Shown here in pieces: positions 9,512-17,720 of a stretch of DNA of 64,000 nt. The stretch spans positions 1-64,000 of the IMG/VR virus record IMGVR_UViG_3300021405_000009, one strand, 5' to 3'. The notes beneath the pieces were generated by a model that did not search any database, was not told where the DNA came from, and worked only from the letters and a program-made list of their open reading frames with translations. The DNA comes from a virus. Both the position numbers and the translations under genes were made by a program. How positions within the stretch are numbered: position 1 is the stretch's first letter; every line of letters starts with the position of its first letter.

Positions 9512-10242
9512 TACGATAACCCGCGACCTTGGCGTCCCATCTGGGTGTTTTGCACTCCTGACTGCTGCGTCGTCGCCGAGTTCACCTGGTCGGCCAGGAA
9601 GATGTTGACCTGGCTGTCGGTCAGTGCGCCGTTGGCGGCAATCACCTGGCGCAGGAAGGTAGTCAGCATCGCGCCATAGCGGCTGTCGTTGATGTACTCG
9701 TAAGTCTTCGCCATGAAGCCGGAGTTGTAGAGGTTCGAGAAGTAGTCAGGGATCGGTGCCCAGGTGTCGGCAGTGGTCTTGAACAGCGGGCAGGCAAGCT
9801 GGTAAGTGAGGGTTACGGTGTAGACCTTATCGGGTGGCGGAATCAACCGGAAGGTGATGTTGCCGTTACCGTCGTCGAGCCGCGCTGCAATGCGAGTTGG
9901 CAGGTTCTGCTGAGCCTCTTCGCTGAGGTTTAGTACAACGTCCAGCTCATGCACTGCTGGTGCCGTTCCGGTATTGTCGGTGACGGTCGCCTTCTCCAGC
10001 CAGCCAAACGTTCCCAGACTTTCTTCGTAGTCCTGCACTGCGGCGATCGTCGTGAAGGTAGCGGTCGAGCGGTTCCAGCGCCAGGCAAAGGGCGGTGAGA
10101 GCATGAACTGCCGCACCCAGTCGCCAATGGTGAACGCCGGATCATTCGTCCCGCTGAACGTCAGTGGGGCGTTCCTCACGAAGTTCTGCGCCACGTTAAT
10201 GGTTCGGCCGATCGTGTTCGTAGAGTTCGGGGGATTCGACAT
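9511..10242 (-). CDS. Head-tail adaptor/tail tubular protein A-like (paralog 2)
   Basis: WRWNR, QDY, GWLE, FRLIPPPD and APIPD motifs. Confidence 0.6.
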   Translation of the reverse strand: MSNPPNSTNTIGRTINVAQNFVRNAPLTFSGTNDPAFTIGDWVRQFMLSPPFAWRWNRSTATFTTIAAVQDYEESLGTFGWLEKATVTDNTGTAPAVHELDVVLNLSEEAQQNLPTRIAARLDDGNGNITFRLIPPPDKVYTVTLTYQLACPLFKTTADTWAPIPDYFSNLYNSGFMAKTYEYINDSRYGAMLTTFLRQVIAANGALTDSQVNIFLADQVNSATTQQSGVQNTQMGRQGRGLS

Positions 10243-10250
10243 GGCGTCCT

Positions 10251-10294
10251 AAGCAAGAACGGAGCGAGCAGGCTTTCGTTCCCGCCCGCTCCGT
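10251..10294 (-). terminator. Probable intrinsic terminator/attenuator
   Basis: 14-bp stem ACGGAGCGGGCGGG/CCUGCUCGCUCCGU followed by UCUUGCUU on the minus strand. Confidence 0.5.
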
Positions 10295-10316
10295 CGCTGT
10301 GAATGTGTTGGTTTGG

Positions 10317-10817
10317 TTACCGCGTAGCCATCGCCTTGGTCGGGTCCTTGAAGCTGCGTTGGCCCGCGCGCGACATGCGGTTCGCGCTCTTCTTGCTGAA
10401 CCACTGCGCGTCGGCTTCATCGTTCGACCAGATCTGTTTCTGGCAGTTGGTGCAGATCCCCACGACGACGCCGGTGTCGAGCTGGTGCATCACAAACGAT
10501 TGCAGTTGGCCCTGGAATTCGCTCAAGGCGTTCGAGCCCTGCAGGTGAGCGCAGTGCTTTCTGCTGTATTCAATTTCGGCGTTGATCCGGGTGTGGACCT
10601 CGCGCATCTGCTCGCGCATGACCTTGTCGTTCTGCTCGGTGCGCGGATCGACGTAAGGCTTGCGCGATTCGATAAGGGCGTTGGCGATCACCTTACTTGA
10701 GGCTTCGACGGCCTGGCTGACCGAGGCGCTAATCAGCGCCTGCAGTTCATCCATCCCGATCGAGATCTTGCCGCTCTTTACTTCAGGGGCGGCCTTTGCT
10801 TCGTGAACTTCTGGCAT
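10317..10817 (-). CDS. Hypothetical protein with CxH/CxxC metal motif
   Basis: ATG at 10817 after GGAG; CAH...CTNC. Confidence 0.6.
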   Translation of the reverse strand: MPEVHEAKAAPEVKSGKISIGMDELQALISASVSQAVEASSKVIANALIESRKPYVDPRTEQNDKVMREQMREVHTRINAEIEYSRKHCAHLQGSNALSEFQGQLQSFVMHQLDTGVVVGICTNCQKQIWSNDEADAQWFSKKSANRMSRAGQRSFKDPTKAMATR

Positions 10818-10853
10818 GTGTGCTTCTTCTCCTGGGCTAATCCGGCCCACTGG

Positions 10854-11537
10854 TTAGTCTGCTGTTTTGTTGTTACGGTATTCCCAAAGTCGCCGGTACC
10901 ACACGGTCGATGCCGGTCCATCAGCGCGGCCAAACTCACGATCGCTTTGTGCTTCAGTCAGCAAGCCGGTGCGAATCAGCCTGAGTAGCACGGTGCGCCA
11001 GCCGCGTATTCGCTCGCGCACGGGAATGTCGCGCGCGTCGAACTCGTAGATGCTGTACTCCGGCAACGCCCCCGAGGGGCAATAGAACAGGTACTCAAAG
11101 TCGCGGCCGTCGAGCTGGGGCTGGGGGCACGGGTAAGTGCGAAAGATGGCAACACAATTCTCGATGCGGCCGTCGGTGTAGTGAAGGCAAGGCACAAGCT
11201 TTCGTACTCTGCCGAGAAAGTTACCACTCTGCATGGCGCGGCCCACGCGGGCGCGGTCGTCACGGTAGTCATCCTGGTTGGCCCAGCGCTGCCGCCTTAC
11301 GGCCTCAGAATTGTAATTACGCTCGCGCAGGCGCGCCGTGTGCTCCTCGGTGCTGAGCCGAGGAGCGGATGCGCAGGTAGTGCATAGATCCTTACGCCCA
11401 TCTCGATAGCTGCTGTCGCGATTGAAGAAGGCGTAAGGAAGGATGCGGAGACAACCGATACACTCTTTACCCAGGAGTTCGTTACTTTCAACGACCTCCT
11501 GAGAGACAACATTGGCTGGATCGTTTATTTCGTGCAT
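10854..11537 (-). CDS. Hypothetical protein with N-terminal Zn finger
   Basis: CIGC...CTTC; in operon. Confidence 0.6.
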   Translation of the reverse strand: MHEINDPANVVSQEVVESNELLGKECIGCLRILPYAFFNRDSSYRDGRKDLCTTCASAPRLSTEEHTARLRERNYNSEAVRRQRWANQDDYRDDRARVGRAMQSGNFLGRVRKLVPCLHYTDGRIENCVAIFRTYPCPQPQLDGRDFEYLFYCPSGALPEYSIYEFDARDIPVRERIRGWRTVLLRLIRTGLLTEAQSDREFGRADGPASTVWYRRLWEYRNNKTAD

Positions 11538-11549
11538 GGAGGGAAAGGT

Positions 11550-12227
11550 TTAGAGTTGGGTGATCGAGAATTCACTGACGGCCGCAACCCCGCCGACTCC
11601 GTTACCCCAGGTCGAGGTAGCGCAGAACTGGATGTTCGCTACGGCGGCAGCAGTCGCGGTAGTGGGGTTGGTGGTGGCCGCCCAGGTGTTGTAACTCCGG
11701 GTGGTACCGTTGAAGTCGTACCAGTACTGCCCGATGACTACCTGTGCCAGCGAGTCCCAATGCAACTGCGCTTCGAGGAGAAACCCGAAGGGCGCTACGG
11801 ACGTGGCTTGGGCGGCGGCGCTGACGCTGGTTAAAGCCACACCAGCCTTGGTCGTGCCCAGATATAAGGTCGCCTTGTAGGTGTTGCCCGCGTTCGAGGC
11901 CGGGGTAATGGTGCCTGCGAGCCGCACCAGGAAAGGCTTGTCATTGTCAAAGACGCCGCTGTTATACGGCACCATCGGCGCAGCGGCATATCCCTGCCGC
12001 GCAAACGAGGCGTCGAGTAAGGATGGGTTAATCGTCTGATCGATCGGGCTCTGTGAGCCCAAGATCAGCGACTGCGTCGGGAGAGAAAGCACGGCAATGA
12101 CGGAGGTCGAGGCCGAGTCGTTCCCAATCTTGAATTCCGTTTCAGTAACGGCCGCCAGAGTCTGGGAGAGTATCTGGTTTCGTCCGGTTCCGCCGTAGTA
12201 GGCAGCAATTGCACCTGGTCCTGACAT
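11550..12227 (-). CDS. Virion structural/decoration protein (paralog family A)
   Basis: Shares QTLAxVTET, LSxPTQ, PFxxRxxG and WGNxVGG..EF with 16852-17529. Confidence 0.55.
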   Translation of the reverse strand: MSGPGAIAAYYGGTGRNQILSQTLAAVTETEFKIGNDSASTSVIAVLSLPTQSLILGSQSPIDQTINPSLLDASFARQGYAAAPMVPYNSGVFDNDKPFLVRLAGTITPASNAGNTYKATLYLGTTKAGVALTSVSAAAQATSVAPFGFLLEAQLHWDSLAQVVIGQYWYDFNGTTRSYNTWAATTNPTTATAAAVANIQFCATSTWGNGVGGVAAVSEFSITQL

Positions 12228-12262
12228 GAATGGTTCCTTTAGTTAACTTGGGTTTTGTGTTT

Positions 12263-12898
12263 CTAGGTAATTTCCTGGCCCCTTGCAGATGACGCCGGGC
12301 GCGGCTTGAAGATTGGTTCTGCGTCGAGCTTTCCATTCTCGATATAGATCGCGGCTACACCGCCTGGTTCAACCAGGGTGTAGTCGTGGTGGCCGCCGAG
12401 CATGGTTCCAACTTCGTGGATAATGCTGGAGTGAGCGACCAGTAATATGGGCTCGCCGATATGTAGTCCGATCCGGATCGCCTCAACGATCAGCGGGCGG
12501 ATGCGGCTTTGAAATTCGTAGAGCGATTCGCCGCCCGGCAAGGGGATGTCCGGATGCTGGACGTGGTAATCGACTAACTTGATGTTCTCGGCATTCTTAG
12601 GCTGTCCACCCAGGTCGCCCACATCCCACGCGCGCAGCCGAGGGTTCTCGGTCAGCATGTTGCGGTCAATGCCTTTGTGGTCGGCGATGATGTGCGCGGT
12701 CTCGCGCGTGCGCTTGCGGTCCGAAAGCACGATGCCAGATACGGCAATCGGCTCCAGATAGTAGGCGAGCTTATGCGCGTCGCGCTTACCCCTGGCGTCG
12801 AGGGGCGCATCGATCGGCCCCCGGTACGCGTCCTTGGCATTCAGGTCCGTGGTACCGTGGCGCGCCAACAGCACGAGCATGTGCTTTTCGCTAGGCAA
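12263..12898 (-). CDS. Histidine phosphatase (phosphoglycerate mutase family)
   Basis: LARHGTT catalytic motif, SDRKRTRET, PGGES, LVAHS. Confidence 0.9.
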   Translation of the reverse strand: MPSEKHMLVLLARHGTTDLNAKDAYRGPIDAPLDARGKRDAHKLAYYLEPIAVSGIVLSDRKRTRETAHIIADHKGIDRNMLTENPRLRAWDVGDLGGQPKNAENIKLVDYHVQHPDIPLPGGESLYEFQSRIRPLIVEAIRIGLHIGEPILLVAHSSIIHEVGTMLGGHHDYTLVEPGGVAAIYIENGKLDAEPIFKPRPASSARGQEIT

Positions 12899-13253
12899 CA
12901 GTTTCGTCCTGGGTAAGATTGGCGGTGGTGAAGGAAGCTTTCAATGCGCCGCTAGGCTGTGAGTTAACCTCGTCAAGGGGCGCTTCGATCGCGCTCTCGA
13001 CAACGGACTGCACTTCGTCTTTGGCGTCGCGTCCAGCTTTAACTTCAAGCAACAGTGCGAACAGGTCGGGATGGTTGACTTCGGGGTAGCCCTTGTCGAG
13101 CATCAATTCAATGGCAGCCTTGCGCCATTCGCGCGTGGCTGATTCATTGCGTGCCAGGTCGCGGAGGATGGGGCCGGGGAGATGGCCGAGCTGGTCGTTG
13201 CGCTGGGCAAATAAGCGCCGAGCATTGTCGGCGCGGGCAAGGGATTCATTCAT
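12891..13253 (-). CDS. Hypothetical protein
   Basis: Overlapping operon gene. Confidence 0.6.
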   Translation of the reverse strand: MNESLARADNARRLFAQRNDQLGHLPGPILRDLARNESATREWRKAAIELMLDKGYPEVNHPDLFALLLEVKAGRDAKDEVQSVVESAIEAPLDEVNSQPSGALKASFTTANLTQDETVA

Positions 13254-13256
13254 GGT

Positions 13257-13637
13257 TTAGCCGAGCAGGATGAACTCAATATTCGTCGCTAGCGCCGACG
13301 CTGTAACGGATAGGGCTGTGATGCCGCTGGTCGCATTGGTCTCGACATAAACAATGGTCGAGCCAGGCTGCAGAGTGATGATCGTGGCCGTCGAGCCGCC
13401 GTTCGGCGTCCAGGTTACGGTTACCGTCGCGGTGGTGCTCAGGTTCTTGATGTAGAGGAACTGCGTCGGGCTGAGGGGAAGACCGAGCGTAGTCGGACTG
13501 GTGCCGACTGCCAGGCCCTGCGCGTAGTCGAAGATAGTGCCGAGGTACTGAAACACCAGCGCCTTGGTAAGTTGGACGCTGCCCGACAGGTTGTCGGTCA
13601 TCGTGATGTTGCCGTTAAGCGCGCCGGTGATAGGCAT
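13257..13637 (-). CDS. Beta-rich structural protein (capsid decoration candidate)
   Basis: Thr-rich, FLYIKNLS..TLQPG jelly-roll-like pattern; close to MCP. Confidence 0.5.
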   Translation of the reverse strand: MPITGALNGNITMTDNLSGSVQLTKALVFQYLGTIFDYAQGLAVGTSPTTLGLPLSPTQFLYIKNLSTTATVTVTWTPNGGSTATIITLQPGSTIVYVETNATSGITALSVTASALATNIEFILLG

Positions 13638-13660
13638 CTATATATCCTCGTGGTCGATGG

Positions 13661-13876
13661 TTATGAGATGGAAGGCAGGAAGATGCTCAAGAGCCAGAGG
13701 ATAGCCACGACGACAACGATGACGGTGACCACCTTGCGAATGGGTTCGGGCACGCCGAGATAGCCCATCGCCCAGAAAAGCAGGTAGCAGAGCAGGGCGA
13801 AGACGATGCCGATAATAATGAGATGGACCAGGCCGCCTATAGCAATAACAGGGGCGGTGAGCAGGGCAAGAAACAT
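13661..13876 (-). CDS. Small 2-TM membrane protein (holin candidate)
   Basis: Two hydrophobic helices separated by VPEPIRK. Confidence 0.55.
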   Translation of the reverse strand: MFLALLTAPVIAIGGLVHLIIIGIVFALLCYLLFWAMGYLGVPEPIRKVVTVIVVVVAILWLLSIFLPSIS

Positions 13877-13935
13877 TGAGGGCTCCGAGCAGTACTGTAT
13901 GTGCGGAGATTAGAGACGGTATTCTCCGCAAGGTG

Positions 13936-13963
13936 GCGGGGCGTGCCTATGAACACGCCCCGC
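13936..13963 (-). terminator. Hairpin downstream of major capsid gene
   Basis: Perfect 10-bp stem GCGGGGCGTG/CACGCCCCGC; weak U tract. Confidence 0.45.
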
Positions 13964-13980
13964 TCCTAGTTAGTCCAGGG

Positions 13981-14967
13981 TTAGCTGGAGCTGGTTTCAG
14001 ACTGCAGGCGACGGATCACCATCGTCGAGCCCGGCCGCAGCGTGTTGGTGTACTTCACGTTGTAGCTGACCCATCCACCGATCTGGCGAGCCGGATCGGA
14101 GACGCTGCCCTGGGCAGGAGCTTCCTGCACCATGAGGCGGTAGTTCTTCTCGCCGCTCTCGGGGTTTTTGCCCAAGAAGACGCTGAACAATGCGTCGTCG
14201 GAGAAGAGGTAGGTGTTGTAGTAGGTGTTCGAGCTGATGGTCACGGACGGGGCCGTGGTGGTCTGCTTGAACCGTACTCCCGCGAACTCGATGACATCCT
14301 CGTTCGGCAGGGGCGCGAGCAACTTCTGCGCCATGGTGTCGTTGCGCTTCAGGATGTCAGTCAAGCCGTTGAACGAGGTATCGTTCAACACATCGTGAAC
14401 CACGAACGGGTGGATGATTCCGCCCCAATATCCGTCCTTAGTCAGGGGACGAGCATTGACGCCAGCGAGCTGCTGCACGGCGGTACGAATGTTCGACGCG
14501 GTCAGGTAGGAGCCGTTCGCCAACTGGATGTTGACGGAGCTGTCTACGCCGGTCGCGGCGTCGGCCGTGAGCTGTACGAGCGAGTTGAGGGTGAGGGCCA
14601 GGCGGTAGTTCAGCTCGGTCGCCAGGTTCTGAAGCAGCGAAGGATCGTCGATCGCTACATCCATTGCCAAGTCGGACGAGTTGATGAAGTCCGCGTACTG
14701 CCCGATCGTCGCCACGATCTTCGTGGACGATTCAGTGATCGGGGACCCAACCGTGCCTTCCGCTGCCTGGTTGATGTTGCCTGCGAGCAGGGAGTAAGTG
14801 AAGAACTGAATCTGGTTGCCTGAGCGAAGAGGAAGCGGTTTCTGCTTCGTCATGCTCATAAAGGGAACCTGAGCCTTGAGGTTGGGAATCGCCTGCCGCT
14901 CGTAGTAGATGGCCACTAAGTTCGGCAACGCGCCCGAGGTCAGAATTGAGGCCGGTGAGAAAGCCAA
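13981..14967 (-). CDS. Major capsid protein (N4-gp56 family)
   Basis: PLPLRSGNQIQF, EGTVG, IGQYADF, IIHPFVVHD, GVRF and DPARQIG motifs; follows scaffold. Confidence 0.85.
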   Translation of the reverse strand: MAFSPASILTSGALPNLVAIYYERQAIPNLKAQVPFMSMTKQKPLPLRSGNQIQFFTYSLLAGNINQAAEGTVGSPITESSTKIVATIGQYADFINSSDLAMDVAIDDPSLLQNLATELNYRLALTLNSLVQLTADAATGVDSSVNIQLANGSYLTASNIRTAVQQLAGVNARPLTKDGYWGGIIHPFVVHDVLNDTSFNGLTDILKRNDTMAQKLLAPLPNEDVIEFAGVRFKQTTTAPSVTISSNTYYNTYLFSDDALFSVFLGKNPESGEKNYRLMVQEAPAQGSVSDPARQIGGWVSYNVKYTNTLRPGSTMVIRRLQSETSSS

Positions 14968-15001
14968 TGTGTTACCTCAGTATGTTGCTGGGTTGTTTCT
15001 T

Positions 15002-16180
15002 TTAGCGCCGAGTCTGGCTGGCATAGCGGCGGACGGCGGCAAATTGGGCCGCGATTTCCGCATCGGTCATGCTTTCAAACTCTTCGTCTGAGGGCGGCCG
15101 TGGAGCGCCGGTACGCGGAACGTTCACCGTTTCGCGTTGCCGTAGTCCTAAGCCCGCTCTCTGTCCAACTCGTACATTCGCAATACGCGAACTTGGAGCT
15201 GGGGCGGCAGGCTGTGCCGGGAGTGCCGGTGCAGGAACTGCCTGTGGTTCGGGTTCGTCCTCATCGGACGGGCCAGGCTCTAACTCAAGTAATCCGTCTT
15301 GAGCTAAGTCCTGGAAAGCTTCGTCGAGACTCTCTGGAGTCCAGGCTCCGGCGCGACACACCGCGTCCATCATCTCGTCTTGATTCTTGTCGGTCAGCGT
15401 TTTGCCAAGCTTGTACTTGGCGAGCCAGCCGAGCATAGCCTTGTAGTTGTCGTCGAGCATCAGATACTCCGGATGCTGAGACTTAAAGACTCTGACGGTA
15501 GCTTCGTTGTCTAACTCGCTTTTGGCGAGGCTGCCCTGGTTGGCCAACCCGACCAGTTGATCGATGGTCAGGCCGGTACGCTTCTGGAAGTAGGTATCGA
15601 GAGCCAGGCCCGGATCGTCCTTGAGCTGGTTCTTGATTTCGAAAATTTCGTCGGCCGTCAGCGGGCGCGCTTGCGGTACCGGTTGCGCGGTCTGAGGCGG
15701 CAGCGCGGGGGCGGGGCGCGCGGTCAGTTTGATCTTACGATCGAGGTCGCGGATGTGCCGCGTGGCGTGCATCTTCGCCGCCGCCACATTGCTCCACATC
15801 TCGTCTTTGGTTTTGCCGTAGAAGATCTCGGGGTTTCCGCTGCCGCTGTCTAAGACAGCTCGCCATCCCTTTCCGGTCTTATCAATCGAAAGCGTCGAGC
15901 CATCTTCATACTCGATAACTTCCGGAGCGGGCGGGGCAGCAGGTGCAGGCGGGGGAGCAGGCGGCGCAGGCGGCGCGTCCTCTGCGTCAGGAAGGGCAGG
16001 GCCGAGCTGTTCTTCTTCAGCGATCTCTCCAAGCTGGTCAGCAAAGCTGGCCGGGGAGGGCCTTACGTCGAGAGGGGCGAATAACTCATCCGCGAAGCCA
16101 TCCGGGGGCGGAACCTTATTGGACGGGTCATCAGAGGGAGTAAGGTCTACGGGCGCAAACTGTTCTTCGGTGCTTAGCAT
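15002..16180 (-). CDS. Capsid scaffolding protein
   Basis: Acidic and Pro-rich, C-terminal EFESMTDAEI helix; directly upstream of MCP. Confidence 0.7.
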   Translation of the reverse strand: MLSTEEQFAPVDLTPSDDPSNKVPPPDGFADELFAPLDVRPSPASFADQLGEIAEEEQLGPALPDAEDAPPAPPAPPPAPAAPPAPEVIEYEDGSTLSIDKTGKGWRAVLDSGSGNPEIFYGKTKDEMWSNVAAAKMHATRHIRDLDRKIKLTARPAPALPPQTAQPVPQARPLTADEIFEIKNQLKDDPGLALDTYFQKRTGLTIDQLVGLANQGSLAKSELDNEATVRVFKSQHPEYLMLDDNYKAMLGWLAKYKLGKTLTDKNQDEMMDAVCRAGAWTPESLDEAFQDLAQDGLLELEPGPSDEDEPEPQAVPAPALPAQPAAPAPSSRIANVRVGQRAGLGLRQRETVNVPRTGAPRPPSDEEFESMTDAEIAAQFAAVRRYASQTRR

Positions 16181-16224
16181 TCAGGCGGTATCCTCAAGCA
16201 ATCCGGCTTGACGGGTGGTTAGGG

Positions 16225-16605
16225 TTAGAGACTTTCTGGGGGTACTGGGCTGGAGCGCTTTAAGCCTTCCTTCACTACTTCAGGAACGCTGGCGCTGGCG
16301 ATGATGAGGTTTTGTGCGTCTTCGACAAAGAGGGCGTAGACGCGGGTGGCGGCATAGGCAATGGCGTGAGCAGCCAGGACCTCATCCTTATTAGCGGGGT
16401 CGGTCGAGAGCAGGCGCTGGGCTTCCTTGGCGGCGTAGCTGCCGAGAATCTCCAGCACGACATCCCAGCCGGGTGAGTTGACAATGTGCGCCAGCTCCCG
16501 GCCTTTCTGCCAAGCATCGATCTGGTACTGTTCTTCCTCGCCCAGGTTGCGACCATTGATGGTCTCTAACTTCTGGGCGAGTTCCTTACTGGGCGCACGA
16601 GGCAA
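16225..16605 (-). CDS. Hypothetical head-module protein
   Basis: TTG start at 16605 behind AAGGAG; IVNSPGWDVV motif typical of small genes after P22-like portals. Confidence 0.6.
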   Translation of the reverse strand: MPRAPSKELAQKLETINGRNLGEEEQYQIDAWQKGRELAHIVNSPGWDVVLEILGSYAAKEAQRLLSTDPANKDEVLAAHAIAYAATRVYALFVEDAQNLIIASASVPEVVKEGLKRSSPVPPESL

Positions 16606-16846
16606 GGTTCTGGTCTCCTTGGCACTGCATCTGCAGGTCACCTTGTAGGCCGCCATAACTCTGACCGTAACTCTGGCCGCTGCCGACCTGTTCGGCGTAG
16701 CCCATCCCAAGTGTGTTGACGCCAACAGCCTGACCCAGCGTGCTGGTGCCGCAGTAGGGCTGATAGTAAGGGGTGTAAGGGTGAGGGTAAGTGTTGTTGG
16801 ATCGCCCGCAATGCGGGCAGTAACCACAGACTGGACAAGCGCTCAT
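16586..16846 (-). CDS. Small Cys/Tyr/Pro-rich protein
   Basis: MSACPVCGYCPHCGR...YPHPYTPYYQPY; ATG 5 nt after upstream stop. Confidence 0.55.
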   Translation of the reverse strand: MSACPVCGYCPHCGRSNNTYPHPYTPYYQPYCGTSTLGQAVGVNTLGMGYAEQVGSGQSYGQSYGGLQGDLQMQCQGDQNLASCAQ

Positions 16847-16851
16847 AGTTC

Positions 16852-17529
16852 TTAGAGCCTTTCGAGTGCGAATTCGTTCACTTGCAACGTGCCACCAACG
16901 GCATTGCCCCACTTCGCGGTGGCGAAGAAGGTGAGACCAGAGAGCGCGGCAACCGCCAGGGGAGCGGCGTTCGCGGTCACCGGTGCCACATAGGTTGAGG
17001 CAGTTCCGAAGTTCCCGAGCGACTGATAGAAGCCGCCAAGCAACCCCGAGGCCAGATCCCATAGCAGGGTACTTTCGAGGCTGAAGTTGTACTGGCCGCC
17101 AGCTACCGTGGCAATCGCGCCGGTCGAGCCGAACACGTTGGCTGCGGTCCCGATGTTGGTCGTGGTCCCGCAGTAGATCTTCACGGTAATGCTGGCCGCA
17201 GCGTTCGCCACAGCCAGTCCGACGCCAGAAATGCGAAGCCGGAAGGGCAGGCCATTAAAGGAGCCGGTGTTGAACTCCGGACGCTGAACGCTGCGACCGA
17301 GAATCGGAGCCTCACCTTGCTGCGAGAGTCCACGGTTCACGTTGATGTCGAGCGGACTTTTCGACCCGACAATCGAGGTCTGGGTTGGCACGCTAAGAAT
17401 CGCGGTCGAGCCCGAGCCCGTGTCAGTGTTGAGCAGGAATGCCGTTTCCGTCACCGTGGCCAGCGTTTGCAGGCCGATGAAGTTGCGGAGAGTCCCGCCC
17501 GTAAATCCGGAGAAGGTGTTGAAGTTCAT
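16852..17529 (-). CDS. Virion structural/decoration protein (paralog family A)
   Basis: Paralog of 11550-12227; ends NEFALERL. Confidence 0.55.
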   Translation of the reverse strand: MNFNTFSGFTGGTLRNFIGLQTLATVTETAFLLNTDTGSGSTAILSVPTQTSIVGSKSPLDINVNRGLSQQGEAPILGRSVQRPEFNTGSFNGLPFRLRISGVGLAVANAAASITVKIYCGTTTNIGTAANVFGSTGAIATVAGGQYNFSLESTLLWDLASGLLGGFYQSLGNFGTASTYVAPVTANAAPLAVAALSGLTFFATAKWGNAVGGTLQVNEFALERL

Positions 17530-17532
17530 GGG

Positions 17533-17706
17533 TTATTTGCTCACGGGGTCAGGGGTGTGGTTGTAGAGAGCCAGTGCAGCCTGCGCGGCCGAGATGACTC
17601 CGGCGAAGACCGCTTGGTAATGGGGTGGTACCAGAGTGGATGACAGAACCGCGATCTCTACGACGATCGCGAGGAATTGGAGGATGCCGTGCGTTAACTT
17701 ATTCAT
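17533..17706 (-). CDS. 57-aa 2-TM membrane protein (holin candidate; not in ORF track)
   Basis: MNKLTHGILQFLAIVVEIAVLSSTLVPPHYQAVFAGVISAAQAALALYNH..., with AGGAG RBS. Confidence 0.6.
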   Translation of the reverse strand: MNKLTHGILQFLAIVVEIAVLSSTLVPPHYQAVFAGVISAAQAALALYNHTPDPVSK

Positions 17707-17720
17707 GAGTTACTCCTGAG

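Noticed and set aside
13876-14823. 315-aa plus-strand ORF opposite the major capsid gene
   Set aside because: Shadow ORF from GC3 codon bias; no motif or RBS
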